Assembly (NCBI GenBank): GCA_002245135.1
Contig: NGBS01000300.1
Coordinates: 124,001 to 188,000, forward strand
DNA length: 64,000 nt
Origin: Proteromonas lacertae
Lineage: Eukaryota
Direction of reading: 5' to 3'
The notes beneath the pieces are model-generated. The model ran no database searches, was not told the origin of the DNA, and was given only the letters and a program-made list of their open reading frames with translations. Position numbers and translations under genes: made by a program. This document shows, piece by piece, positions 37,601-49,579 of this stretch. Positions within the stretch are counted from its first letter, which is position 1; each line of letters opens with the position of its first letter.

Positions 37601-40600
37601 ACATACAGAACTACCTGAATTGGTAGATATGAAGTTTGTTACTGTTTTTGTATTTAGTAATAATCAATTTGTTACATCAGTATATTATTATAATATTATA
37701 TATTTATAGTTGAATTCAAAAATATGGTCATTCTCTACTAATGAAGGATTAGTAGGCCAATGTCTCATTACATAAATCACATTTAAATATTCCCAATATC
37801 TTATATAGTTCATACTATAATCCAAATATTGATAATATTATGAATATTCCAATACAATCTATCTATATTACACCATTGTATATTAATTATTATTATGTCA
37901 ATAGAACTAATTATAATGGTGATATTATTGGATTATTAGAATGTGGAAATAACAAAGAAATCTCACAAAATGAAGAGAAGGTAATTAATGAATATATTCC
38001 AATATTATCATCAATATTTGAGATTTATAAGAATTATAAAGAATCCAATGATAAAACTACAAAAATAGAAAAATCAATGGAAGATATATCATTTTTTTAT
38101 TTTATATAATATATTTATTATATTTTTCTTAATTTAATGCTTACTTGAAAAGTGATGTTACTAACGGCTTATTAAGATGTTATGAAATGATCAGTCAATG
38201 TTATGATTATAATGAATTATTAATCAAAGTCAATTCAAAAGCATCATTATTATTAGGTTTAGAAAGTGTTACTTTATACTGTTTATTACCCGAAAAGCAG
38301 ATGTTATTAACACGTTATAAAGATACTGCAATACCATTAAATATCAATAAATTGAAAGGTATTATACAAATAGTATATAATAATGGTCAATCAATAATTA
38401 TACCAGAGTTGAAGAATGATATTAGGTTTGATAATCAGTTTGATATTATCTCAAACAGTTTGAATGTTCATAGTGTTATGTATTTACCATTATTTAAAGT
38501 AACAGGACAAATGGTTGGTATTATTATATTTGCCCATTCAAATCCATCATACTTTGATGGTAATATAGAGATATATAACAATCTATCAAATCATATTGCT
38601 TATTGTTTAGACAAATCTATTCAATTACATTATAATATTAAACATCTTAAAGAAAATGGAAGTGAAATAGAAAAGAAGAAAGAAGAGTTAATGAAATTGG
38701 AGAAAGAAATGAATGAATTGAAAATAAAGAAGAGTAATTCAAATACTCCTATAGATTTAAAGATGTTATCTAAATTACAATCAAATATATTATTATTAAA
38801 CAGTACAAGTAGTTTAATGAACTTAATATCAACCAAATTATTCATTGTATTAAAATGTGAAAAGAGTGAACTATACTTATGTGATAAAAACACAAAGTCA
38901 TTATGGACTATAAATAAAAGAAATGATAAAGTAATGAAGAGTTATGAAAGAGGATCATTTAAGTATATGATTTCAACTGGAAAATTAGAATTGTTTGATA
39001 ACTGTAGTGAAGATATTAGATGTGATAGAGATTATGATAATTGTAAGAATTTAATATGTTGTCCAATTAAAAGTGAAAATGGAAATATATTAGGGATAAT
39101 TCGTATAGAAAATAAAGAAAGTAACTTTGGTGAAAATGATATAAATATATTAATTTAGTGAGTAGTGAAATATCTATTGTTTTACAAAGGATTAGAAATT
39201 CTAAAGGCAGTCTAAGTATGGATAAAGGAAGTCATTTACAAGATATTGAAATACAGAAATTAGAAATCGAAAATAACAATAAATACTTGAAAGAATTGAA
39301 TGATTTTTATATCAATTTATTACCCATTCATTCCTTAAGTGATTTCTTTATTATTTGTGAAGATGAAATCAGTAAATTATTGAAATGTGAAAGTTGTAAT
39401 ATATTCTTATTGGAGAATAATGGAAGCGTTTTAAATGGTAAAAATGGATATATAACGATTGGTAATAGATTAATTCCAGAGTTAATAACATATAATAGAT
39501 TTATCATGAAAAATGACCATGAAGAATGTTTAGAATATTTATCAGATTTGAAATTATACTTCAATAATGTAGAAATGTACAGAAATTTCTTAATAGTTCC
39601 ATTATGTGATATGTATAATAAGATTAGTGTAATAATCTTTACAGTGAATAAAATAAAGAATAATTTCAGTGAAGATGATATGAAGGTAATTGGTGATATT
39701 AGTGAGAAATTATTATTGTTATTAGATAGAATTCAAATGTCAAATTTACATATTAATAGATATCTTTTTGCTAAACATTAATGATTATCATTTATATTTT
39801 TCTTAATATATATTTAAGCATATTGAATTAGAACTAAACGATGGAGAACAGAAGCAAAGAATGATGCAGCAGATTCTATCCCAAAAGAATGAAAATGAAA
39901 TAGAATTAAACCAACAACTAAAAATATTAGAAACTAAATATAAGAACTTAGAAAAACGACATGAAAAAGCAGTTACTTCAATGAAAAATGATTTAGATAG
40001 GCAGAGAAGTGATAAAAATGCAATTAAAGAGCTGAATATGGAGAGTCAAAGGATGATTGAACATAGCAAAAATGAAATTCAAAAACTGAAAGAGGAAGTA
40101 AAGAAAGAAGAACAAATGAAAGAACTGTTGATAGAAAAGAATGAAAGAGAAAAGAAAAGATTAGAAAATGACTATTTATTTAAAATTAATGAACTGAATA
40201 GAAATAAAGAGAGTTTATTGAAAGAGAAAATGAAATTAGAAAAAGAGAAAAAAGAATTGGAGATAGTTGTTGATGAAAATAATGAAAGATATAAAAGTTA
40301 TAATAAAAACTTGAAAGATGAAAATGAATATTTAAGAAATGAGTTGAATAGTAATGTTAATAAAAAGAATGATATTAGAAAGGAGAATGAAATGTATAAA
40401 GCAAAATTAGAGGAAGTAGAAAATGAGTTAAAAGATACAAAATTTAAATTGAACAACTTAGAAAGTGAATATACCGAAATGAAGAATAAACACGAAATAC
40501 AATTAGAGAATTTAATAGTATATATATAATATAATTATATTATAGAGTAAAAACGAAAAGAATTTGTTAAACTATAAAAATAGGTTAAATAGTTGCTATA

Positions 40601-40737
40601 ATAAACTGAAAAATGATTATAATATAATATGGAATGAAAAAAATAAAATGAAGATAGAGAGAGATGAAAATGAAGATGAGAAGAATCATTTAAAAACAAT
40701 TTTACACAAAATTAAAGAAGTAAATAGTAACAAATAA
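31607..40737 (+). CDS. Giant multi-GAF-domain, coiled-coil protein (~22 introns, 10 of them U12-type)
   Basis: After splicing it shows repeated GAF motifs (FPLSTGIIGQAFETQEVQCIQDP; HSLLSRAICNDDNRALGMIECIN; KNILCVPI..FGVIEICNK; KGIIQIVYNNGQSIIIPELKNDIRFD; NLICCPIKSENGNILGIIRIENK) and a C-terminal coiled coil. Three single-base frameshifts at ~32912, ~37773 and ~39155. Confidence 0.8.
31783..31833 (+). other. U12-type AT-AC intron
   Basis: ATATCTTA...TTACTTTAAC(31815-24)...TTAC, 51 nt, phase 1, contains an in-frame TAA. Confidence 0.85.
31920..31969 (+). other. U12-type intron, AT-AA (alternative AC end at 31975)
   Basis: ATATCATT...TTTCTTTAAT(31952-61)...ATAA|GAT, phase 0. An AG end would put the next exon out of frame. 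Confidence 0.75.
32063..32128 (+). other. U12-type AT-AA intron
   Basis: ATATCATT...TTTCTTTAAT(32100-09)...GTAA|GTA, phase 0. Joins AKLFS|VVSSVLPNYIPCE. Confidence 0.75.
32398..32462 (+). other. U12-type AT-AA intron
   Basis: ATATCTTT...TTTGTTTTAAT...TTTAA|T, phase 2. Restores the GAF motif RAICND|DNRALGMIECIN. The nearby GT-AG pair (32391/32441) is out of phase. Shorter AA ends (32429/32432) are also in frame. Confidence 0.7.
32620..32683 (+). other. U12-type AT-AC intron
   Basis: ATATCATT...TTTCTTTAAT(32664-73)...TTAC, phase 0. Joins ORFs 32425-32691 and 32660-32917. Confidence 0.88.
32925..32986 (+). other. U12-type intron, probably AT-AA
   Basis: ATATCATT...TTCTTTAAT(32967-75)...TTAA|GCA. 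Phase 0 only if one extra base near 32912 is an assembly error. Confidence 0.65.
33293..33358 (+). other. U12-type AT-AC intron
   Basis: ATATCTTT...TTTCTTTAAT(33336-45)...TTAC, phase 0. Joins QQQH|FMVANL. Confidence 0.88.
33550..33604 (+). other. U12-type AT-AC intron
   Basis: ATATCTTT...TATCTTTAAT(33585-94)...ATAC, phase 2. Restores the GAF motif FPLS|TGIIG. Confidence 0.92.
38086..38144 (+). other. U12-type AT-AC intron
   Basis: ATATCATT...TTTTCTTAAT(38124-33)...TTAC, phase 0. Joins ORFs 37840-38109 and 38145-39158. Confidence 0.88.
39760..39817 (+). other. U12-type AT-AA intron
   Basis: ATATCTTT...TTTTCTTAAT(39798-807)...TTAA|G, phase 2. Joins HINR|HIELE, in frame with ORF 39861. Confidence 0.8.
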
Positions 40738-41031
40738 ATATCTTATAATATACACTTTTTAAAAGAAATTGTTAGACATATTTTTCAACTAATATCCCAT
40801 AATAAAAATAAATCTACGGAAAGAATTATTGAATGCTACAATAATCATTACAATATTGCATATTGCATATTACTTAAATTCAAAAAAACAAACACAAATT
40901 CAAATTAAAACACATGAACTTATTATTATGAAGGAAAAACTAATTATTTGATTATACTAAATATATAAAATAAAAATCAGGAAATGACGATTGAAGAATG
41001 GAATATTTATACATGAAATGAGAGAAATGAA

Positions 41032-43812
41032 TCACTTTCTAGTGTGTTTACTATTAAGTTGAGGAGGTAGTGAGGAAGGTGGAGGTTGAGGATGTTGTTG
41101 TTTTTGTATTTGTGCAATATTATGATGAGAATGATGATGATGATGTTGATGATTATCTTTTGAATGTAATAAAGATAAATCAATTCCACTAACTGCATTA
41201 TTCTTATTCTTATTATCACTAATACTATTTCTAGTAGTATTTAACTTACTATTATTATTTAAATATGATAATGTCTTTGATTGAGGTTTGGATATTCTCT
41301 TTGTAGTTGAATGAATGGAAGATGTCTTCTCAATATGATCTGCTATCATAAAACTACCTAATTCAAATAACAATGAAGTTAATATCTTTTCTTCATTCTC
41401 AAATTGATTGATTTGTTCATTCATTAATGCTATCTCCATTGGTTCTAATGTTGCGTCATTATTATTCATAACTTCATCATCATCATTGTTTGATGAAATT
41501 GTATGAGTTGATTTTATTGATGTTTCATTTATATTATTATTATTATTATCTAATTGTTGTTTCTCTTCTTTACTGTTGTTGGATATATCATTATTATTTT
41601 CTGTATTAATTATATCTTTATTATTATTATTATTATTTAAATTAATATCACCTAATGTTTCCATCTGTAATTGAATAGTATCGATCCATTTCTGTAAATA
41701 ATTATTATTTTCTATCAACTTCTTATTCTCTAACAATACATTCTCATATTTCTCATTCAATTCATTGAATTCATTATGTAGTTCAATAAACTCATTATCT
41801 TTCAAGTTATTTTCATCACATATTTTCTCTATTTCTTTATTTAATTTATCGATTGTTTCTTTATCAATATTATTGATATTTATTAATTCTGTATTACTCT
41901 CTTTTAATTGGTTTACTTCTTCTTCTTTTATTACATTCAATTCTTCTAATTTATTCATCAACTCCAAGTTCTCTTCTTTTATTATATTCATCTCTTTTTC
42001 GTGCTTTATTCGAATATTATTCTCATTTTCTAGTAGTCTCTTGTTATTTTCGTCTTTTATTTGCTTTATTTCATCTTCATATTTGTTTTTTAACTCTGTT
42101 TCTAATATTTTAATCTCATTTTCTTTCATCTCTTTTGTCATTGTTGGTATATTCTTAATATATTGTTTTATTGATATGTCTGCTGGTTTTACTGTGTTTA
42201 TCATATCTTGTATTGATTTTAACTATAAATAAAAGTGATTATTTATATATATACTTCTTTAATTTCTTCTTTCATATTCTTATACTCTATTATAATACTG
42301 TCATATTCATTTTTAGTCTTTAATAATTCTTTATTTTCATTTATTAATTTATTATTTTCATTCTTTATTGTTTCATTCTCATTCTTATATTTCATCTTTT
42401 CTTCTTCTTCTTTTAATTCATCTATTAAAGGTGCTAGTATTGTAGCATCATCATCAAATGTAGAACGTCTCATTGGATCATTTAATTCATTTAATAAATC
42501 CTCATAATCTATATATATATATATATATATATAATAATAATTATTATTATATATACGTGACTTTAGATCACTATAATCACTGTGTAATTGATTATTCTCT
42601 ATTTTGTATTTCTCATTTTCATCTTTTAGTTTCTTATGCTCTATTGTCTGTAGATTATTATCTTCTAGTAATTTATTATATTTCACTTCTAATTCACTGT
42701 ACCGCGATTTAATCTCTTCATATTCTTTATTTTCTAATACATAATCATCAATCTATAAGAATATATATATATATAAATAAATATTTATACTGTTGACTGT
42801 AGATTCTTATTCTTCAACTCCAACTCTAACGTTTTATCTTTATATTTATTAATCATTTCATTCAATTCTTTATTCTCTTTCACTATATCTTTATCTCCTA
42901 ATTCACTTGATAATAACTTATTCTCATTCTCTAATTCTTCTATTTTCTTCCTCATTTCAGATGTTTTGATATTAAACTCATTTTCCTGCTCTTTTGATTC
43001 TTCATCTGCTTTATTCAATACATCTTCATAGTATTTCACTTTCTTTTCATAGTTCTCTATTCGTCTTATATATTCTTGATTTAATTCTTTGGCTTGATTA
43101 AGCTCGTTCTTAATTCCTTCTTTTTCAATTTCTGCATTTTCTATTAGCTGTTCTCTTTCTTCTTCATATTGCCGTATTAGCGCTTGTCGATCTAATAATT
43201 TTTCGCTTGCGTCTGATGAGTTTGATAAATGACTTCTATTCAGCGAATGATTTAAACTCGATGAATTTTCATCATCTTCTTCTTTGGGTAATTTGTCAAT
43301 ACACTTTTGTAGAAATGACTGTATTTGAACTTGAACATTGTTTTCACAATCTTGTAGGTTATTTATAAAATTTTCTGATTTATCTGAACAAGTTAGAAGA
43401 AGTGATAGTATCCACTCTATTAGTTTGTGTAATTCTGCTTCATTTCGACTATTAGATTTTATAATAAATATAAACAATACTCTCTGGCTATTAAGGAGGA
43501 ATTAAAAACAGGCATGTCTATAACGCCATTTTGTTGGCATAAACTGATAATGGCGTTTGTAATTTTCTCAATATTAGCTACATGTACTTTCCAGTCCGAT
43601 GAATTCTGAATTAACTCATTAGGGTCTAAAAGGGTTTCAAATCTATTACATAAATAATTAAAAAATACCCTGATAGCAGCAGTTTATATAGAACCACTCC
43701 ATCGTATAAATCATCCAACGAATTAATTGTAGATTCCTGAATATAGCCAATCTATTTGAATAGTACATAGCCTAGTATATACATATGAGATTAGACTCTC
43801 ATTTAATGACAT
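41032..43812 (-). CDS. HOOK-family microtubule/dynein adaptor-like coiled-coil protein
   Basis: N-terminal SLDDLYDGVVLYKLL..DWKVHVANIEKI..ELHKLIEWILSLLLTC (Hook domain-like), a long coiled coil, and EEKILTSLLFELG near the C-terminus. Confidence 0.7.
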
Positions 43813-43894
43813 TTAATGTGTAAATTTTGAAGTAGACTTCAAACTGAAAAAAAGAAATAAATGATGATTTAAAAAAACGGGTATAAATTTTGAA

Positions 43895-44544
43895 ATGAGA
43901 TCATCATTTAGACCAAGATACGGCGACAGGGGCAATAATCCAGGAATTCCAATACCACCACCGTTATATCCAGATATAGATCTACCTCTTAAACCAAAAG
44001 ATGATGTGTTACAACATCCAGCACAGAAGTAATTTCTATATAAGTTTTATATATATAGAAAATTGCTAGAAAAATATTCATCGTTAATTTTAGCAATTCA
44101 AAGATCACCTTATTACTTGAGACAACCTCGAGATAAAAGAGAGGTTGATAGGTACTCTGATATGAGAAATGGACAGTATAAACATACATCATTATTGCAC
44201 TGGTTGCCACATGAAATAGCATCAAAGTATTTCCCAATTGGTATATAATTTATTTTTAATATTTTACATTCCCGATAGAACTAATTGGAAAAGAAAGTGC
44301 AATAAAGAGTGATACAACTAAACCAGAAATAGATGATTTAGATGCAGATTTATTGAATATTGGAGAAGAAAAACAAAATGAAGAAGGTGAAACAAAAAAT
44401 AATGAAGAAGAGAATAAATCAGAGAGTGAATTATCTGAGATATTAAGTACAGACGAGAGTACTGATGAAGATCTTGATTATCAAAAGAATTATGACTTAT
44501 CTGACAGTGATATTGATAAAGATGATGATGGACCTACTATTTAA
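43895..44544 (+). CDS. RNA polymerase III subunit C31/RPC7-like
   Basis: PPPLYP, SPYY, VDRYSD and YFPIEL motifs plus an acidic tail. Two GT-AG introns. Confidence 0.75.
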
Positions 44545-44686
44545 ATAATGTATCTTTTATAATTTACTTGTGTTTAGTTGTTTGTGTATGTTTTTATTGA
44601 AATAGAATCAATGGATTACGAATTATTGATAGTTAAGAAAACTTTACCCTTTATGTTCCAAAATTCAAAACAAAAAATTATACTAA

Positions 44687-44759
44687 TCCCATGTAGTCTA
44701 GGTGGTTAGGACGGCTGGCTTTCACCCAGCCGACCCGGGTTCGAGTCCCGGCATGGGAA
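44687..44759 (+). tRNA. tRNA-Glu (anticodon TTC)
   Basis: Acceptor stem TCCCATG/CATGGGA, anticodon arm GCTGG-CTTTCAC-CCAGC, T-loop GGTTCGAGTCC and a downstream T-run terminator. Confidence 0.97.
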
Positions 44760-44876
44760 GTTGATTTTTTAATTTTCTTTTTTTTTCTTTTTAATTCTTA
44801 TCTATTAATTCTTTAACATAAAACACCATTTTTTAAACATTCTCTCACTTCACAAATAATAACACAAACAAATTAT

Positions 44877-45324
44877 TTACTTTAAATTATTATCAAAATT
44901 TCTTGCTTTTCTATTCTCTCTTTTTGGCAATGGTTTCCAATCATAATTAGCATTTTCATTTGAATTTATTAGCTTTATTTCATCAAACCAAATTGTATAC
45001 GAATTGAGTGATTCCTTTTCAGAATGTTTGTTTTCGCTTTTCATTGCGTTTATAGGACTATTTGATGATAAATGATCATCTATTTTAACTTTCTTTAAAA
45101 TTTGAGACAATTCAACAATATGCGAACCTAAATATATATACAATTGTTATACGTTTTTGAGGTTTATCATATTTTTGATTATGTTCATCTATTGATTCAA
45201 TATCTTGTGATTGATTATCTAATTTGACTCTTTTAGCAATCGAATAGTTTACTAATTCATTATTTATGCATTTTCTTTTAACTGAAGAAAGATCAATAGT
45301 ATTGTTCTTTTCTTTCTGATTCAT
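44877..45324 (-). CDS. Hypothetical protein (two overlapping ORFs, junction unresolved)
   Basis: ORFs 45112-45324 and 44877-45143 meet at a TA-repeat. No recognisable domain. Confidence 0.35.
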
Positions 45325-45419
45325 TTGACATTATTTGAAAGAGTATATAAATTATGTTAAAGTAAAACAAAAGTCAAAAAAACTAAATATGGTTTATCAT
45401 AATTTTATGGATTATATTA

Positions 45420-47145
45420 TTGTTTTTAAGATCAATTTTGAATCTAAAATATTTGTAGAATCCTTCTAAACCATCATGTATAGAGCTAATAAAGCATGGA
45501 GGATTATGTATTTTATGAATAGACAAATGAACCTGTAAATGATTGTTTTGTTCTATAATACATAATATTAGCTTAGAAGTTTATACTACTAAATAACACA
45601 TTTCTAATATCTATTGTTTGAATATATTTACATAAATAACTTTAAATTTATCATTTATTAACTTTCTATCATTCTTCTTCACTTTCTTACTAGAAGATCC
45701 AATTATTATACCAGCATTCTAAAAATATAAATATTTATAATAATATATATATATATATATACAATTGCTTGTTAATAGATATACAATTAGATATGATTCA
45801 ATCACATTTGTTAACTTCTTATACACTATAAACATTTTTTTATCATTGAATAAAATATATATTTCTGAACCAATTCCACTTAATGGATTTACCCATTTTC
45901 CTGTTGTTATATCAATAATTGTACCTACTAAATCATCTTCTGATCTATAACTGTATAACCTAATTAAAACATTTCTTGATGCATTTATATATGACATATT
46001 GTTTGTTAGTGAAGATAAATATCCAAATTCTAAATACATTGTTCCAGCTTCAGCAACTGAAATTATATCACTTTTATCAACTTGCAATGTTAATAGATTT
46101 ATTTTACCATGTGGAATCATTGTTGAAGTATTAAAAGCAAACATCATTCCATCAGCTAAGTCAATTGCTTTATTCAAAAGACAATTGTTGTATTTTACAA
46201 AACTTGTTGAATTTAAAATTAATAACGTATGAGCAGAAAGTAGACCACCTATTATTCTGATGGTAGTTTCAAATATTGACACATTTCTATCTGATATTAA
46301 CTTATCACTATTAGTAATATAAATCAAATACATAAATATTATAATAATATAAGACAATATTAGCTAATTTGTAAAATTCCTCATATTCTCCAATAACTGC
46401 AAATGTATCTAACATATCAATTAATGAAGTGATTTTGAATGGAGTTAATAGAAAATCATGTGGTTTACAGTTAATTCGATGTATTTCATTATGAGGAAAA
46501 CCATATTTCATATAGGAATTATATGATTTCATAAACATCCTTTTTATCTCAGTTTTTATTATTTCTCTTTCCAACAATGTTATATCAGTAATATTTTCTA
46601 ATAATGGTGTATTGTTATTGTTAGTTAGATTATCTTTAATGGAATAGTTCGAGTAACAAAACTTTACTACATATTCACTTACATTTATTCTTATAACGTC
46701 CAATATATAATTGCTTTGATGAATTTTTATTATTTATATAATACTTACAGCGCATATATTGCACCTATATAATAAATAAAAAAATAGAAATACAATAACA
46801 GAATGAAATCTTCCAGTATATCTTTCTGTCTCCAAATACTTATTATTTGTGTAAAAAGTTTCAGTTAGTGATGCATAATCTGTACATATGTTATCTACAT
46901 ATGGCTCATAGAGTGACACAAATGTAATTGAAATGTGCAACCGAAAGGATATCTACTGACATATTGTGTAATAATACGTTTGTTTCGTTAAATACATAAT
47001 GATATATTGGTAAACCTCCAACATTAATACTTTCATTTTTATGATACTTTATATCTTCAGTAGTTTGATGATAATTATAGTAATTTAATCCTCCATTTGA
47101 AAATATTTCTCCAAATAACAACAACAACACTATAATTTCCAACAT
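45420..47145 (-). CDS. GH47 alpha-1,2-mannosidase/EDEM-like protein, apparently truncated or degenerate
   Basis: Signal peptide, MFMKSYNSYMKYGFPHNE, LIDMLDT, VSIFETTIRIIGGLLSAH and AEAGTMYLEFGYLS. 3' end uncertain. Confidence 0.7.
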
Positions 47146-47527
47146 AAAACAATTATGTTGTTTTTTTCGATGAACCAATATACTTTTGTTAATAAAATAC
47201 AACAGATATATTTAATAGTGTTGCATTCTAGTGTATCTAGTTTCCTTAAAGCTTGTACTTATGAATTAGTATATTTTTCAATTCAAAATAAAACTAAACC
47301 AGATTAAATAGAAAAAATAATACACAACACAATATTTTGAAAAGTATTTTTAGAAGTAAATCATGGCTGTTCTTTTAACTCTACTAATGTATAATTTCTA
47401 AAAAACTAGATATTTCTTTCATTTAGCAAAGCCTGATATTTTAAACGATATTATAAAACTGTTAGATAATTAATTAGCTTTCTAATCAATCATTTAAGAA
47501 TTGAATATCAAGTTTTGGCTCGAGTAT

Positions 47528-48394
47528 ATGTATGTGATTTTATTATGCTTGACTGTTGCAATTACATCGTTGTATATGGTATTGTCAATGGAAGATCCAT
47601 CCTTTCCTAAAGGACCAATTAGAACGCCAAGACCAATACCTTCTTATTCTCATATTCTTCTTGTGTATATGACATGTGGTGAACCGTATTATCCTCCACC
47701 AGAATTGCAAATTCCAAGTATTGAAATAAAGTGTGACAGACAATTCAACTTTTATCAATGCCATGAAACCGGGCCATACCTAAAATTTATCATAGATCAT
47801 TATGAAAATCCAATTGCTGATATTTATATATTTATACATGGACATGAGACATCTTGGCATTATCCATCACCTGTTACTGAAGCTATAGATACATTAGTTC
47901 GTTCTAAATATGTAGAAGAAAATACATTTGGAGGATTTGAATGTTTTTGGAACTATGTACCAGCGATTATCCAAACAAATCCAATTGTGAATGAATTATA
48001 TAATTATTTTTTCTCTGGTACATCAATAAATGTAAATCCACAAGCTTATTGGTCTTATCCTTGTTGTGGTACATTTTTTGTGCATTCAAAAAGTTTAAAA
48101 CTAAGAAAAATCGATGAATATAAATCATGGTTTTCAAGAATTCAGACTTGGAGTAGAAAATTTGGTAATACTCATCCAGATAAAGATCCAGCTGTGTATT
48201 GTGGAAGAATTTTTGAAGGTTTATGGAATGTTATATTAGCCAATGTTACTTATGTGAAAGTTCCTCCATTCTGCAATGAATTACAAACAAATCCTCCGCT
48301 AATTGAATCTAATGATACAGATGTACAGCAGCAGAATTATTTTGATGGAAATGATGGTGATGTTGCTGATTTCAACGAAAACAATGCCAATTAG
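47528..48394 (+). CDS. DUF3431-like type II membrane protein (intronless)
   Basis: N-terminal TM, HETGPYLKFIIDHYEN..IFIHGHETSWH, PCCGTFFV and GRIFEGLWNVI. Confidence 0.7.
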   Translation: MYVILLCLTVAITSLYMVLSMEDPSFPKGPIRTPRPIPSYSHILLVYMTCGEPYYPPPELQIPSIEIKCDRQFNFYQCHETGPYLKFIIDHYENPIADIYIFIHGHETSWHYPSPVTEAIDTLVRSKYVEENTFGGFECFWNYVPAIIQTNPIVNELYNYFFSGTSINVNPQAYWSYPCCGTFFVHSKSLKLRKIDEYKSWFSRIQTWSRKFGNTHPDKDPAVYCGRIFEGLWNVILANVTYVKVPPFCNELQTNPPLIESNDTDVQQQNYFDGNDGDVADFNENNAN

Positions 48395-48595
48395 TTTAAA
48401 ACTTTACTATTTATTTATATTATGTGTTGAATCTGTTGAATATATATTAGTTATGTATTTTGATGATCAATTAATAATTTAAAAAAGAAATAAAAATAAT
48501 ATAAAACGAATATATTTTTGGAAAATACATATTCAAAGTGAGCTAATTATCACTAAATATTTCATAACTATCGATATATCGCATTTATCTTTAAC

Positions 48596-48904
48596 ATCAG
48601 TAATTAAATATGTTACTACACTTGATTTATTCTTCAAAGCTGTCGAAAAGAATCCGCAGTATATCAATGGCAATGTGTTAAAAGAAGCATTAACAGTTTG
48701 GATGTAAAAGAATGGTTTAAGATTAAAAGCATTGCTCAGAACATCATTAACTTTTGTGAACATAAGATTAAGTATAATCGATACAGCATCAGTCCCAGTT
48801 TATTATCATTATCATCAGTAATCAGATATGTTACTACTCTTGATTTATTCTTCAAAGCTGCCGAAAAGAATCCACAGTATTTCAATGGCAATGTGTTAAA
48901 AGAA
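48596..48904. repeat. ~90 nt direct repeat, two copies ~218 nt apart, in a coding-like relic
   Basis: ATCAGTAAT..ATATGTTACTAC.CTTGATTTATTCTTCAAAGCTG.CGAAAAGAATCC.CAGTAT.TCAATGGCAATGTGTTAAAAGAA at ~48596 and ~48814. Confidence 0.85.
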
Positions 48905-49579
48905 ATTGATGAAGCATAATTAATCAGTCCTTATTCAGCTGGTGAGAATCTTAATAGTAAACTGGGAATAATGATAGTTATCAAAATAACAATATTTAAT
49001 AATTTTCTATCACTTATTTTTTGTGAATAGTTAAATATTACAGGATTAACCTTATTTAATATAGTATAATTATCAGCTTTAAAAAGGTTTCATTAAAAAC
49101 TAATATGACAGTAGAGGGTTTGGTAGTGAGTTATATTCAAATATAATCTTATATAGGCAAATAAGCTATTTTTTATAAAGTTTCCGCCTTATATATATGA
49201 AAAACATTTTGCTTCATTCAATATTTTTTTTGTTTCAATCGTTACTGCAGACAAAAATGCATCAGCTGAGATAAATAAGATGTGAAAAAATTGATGTTAA
49301 GGTAATTAAAAATGAAAAAATAAAAATTGAGTTAAAGCCTCTTTCAAGCATACTTTTTCAATTTCAATATAAGTATAGAGAAATTAAAATTATTATGTTC
49401 TATTCATTTTAAAACCTTAATTTCGTTTTCTACTATTGCCATTGACGTTTAATTTATAGTATAAACAAACAATTTTAGATATATAACTGATTAACCAGAA
49501 CAATACAGCCAACGTAACTTATTTGAAAAACTAAGTGTATATTTGTAATATTTAGGGGCTCATAGTTACGTTTATAGCT

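Noticed and set aside
43895..44759. Pol III subunit gene adjacent to a tRNA gene
   Set aside because: Probably coincidental in a compact genome. No functional link is visible.
13520..48904. Direct repeats as CRISPR arrays or transposon termini
   Set aside because: The context is eukaryotic, there is no repeat-spacer periodicity, and no terminal inverted repeats, target-site duplications or transposase were found.
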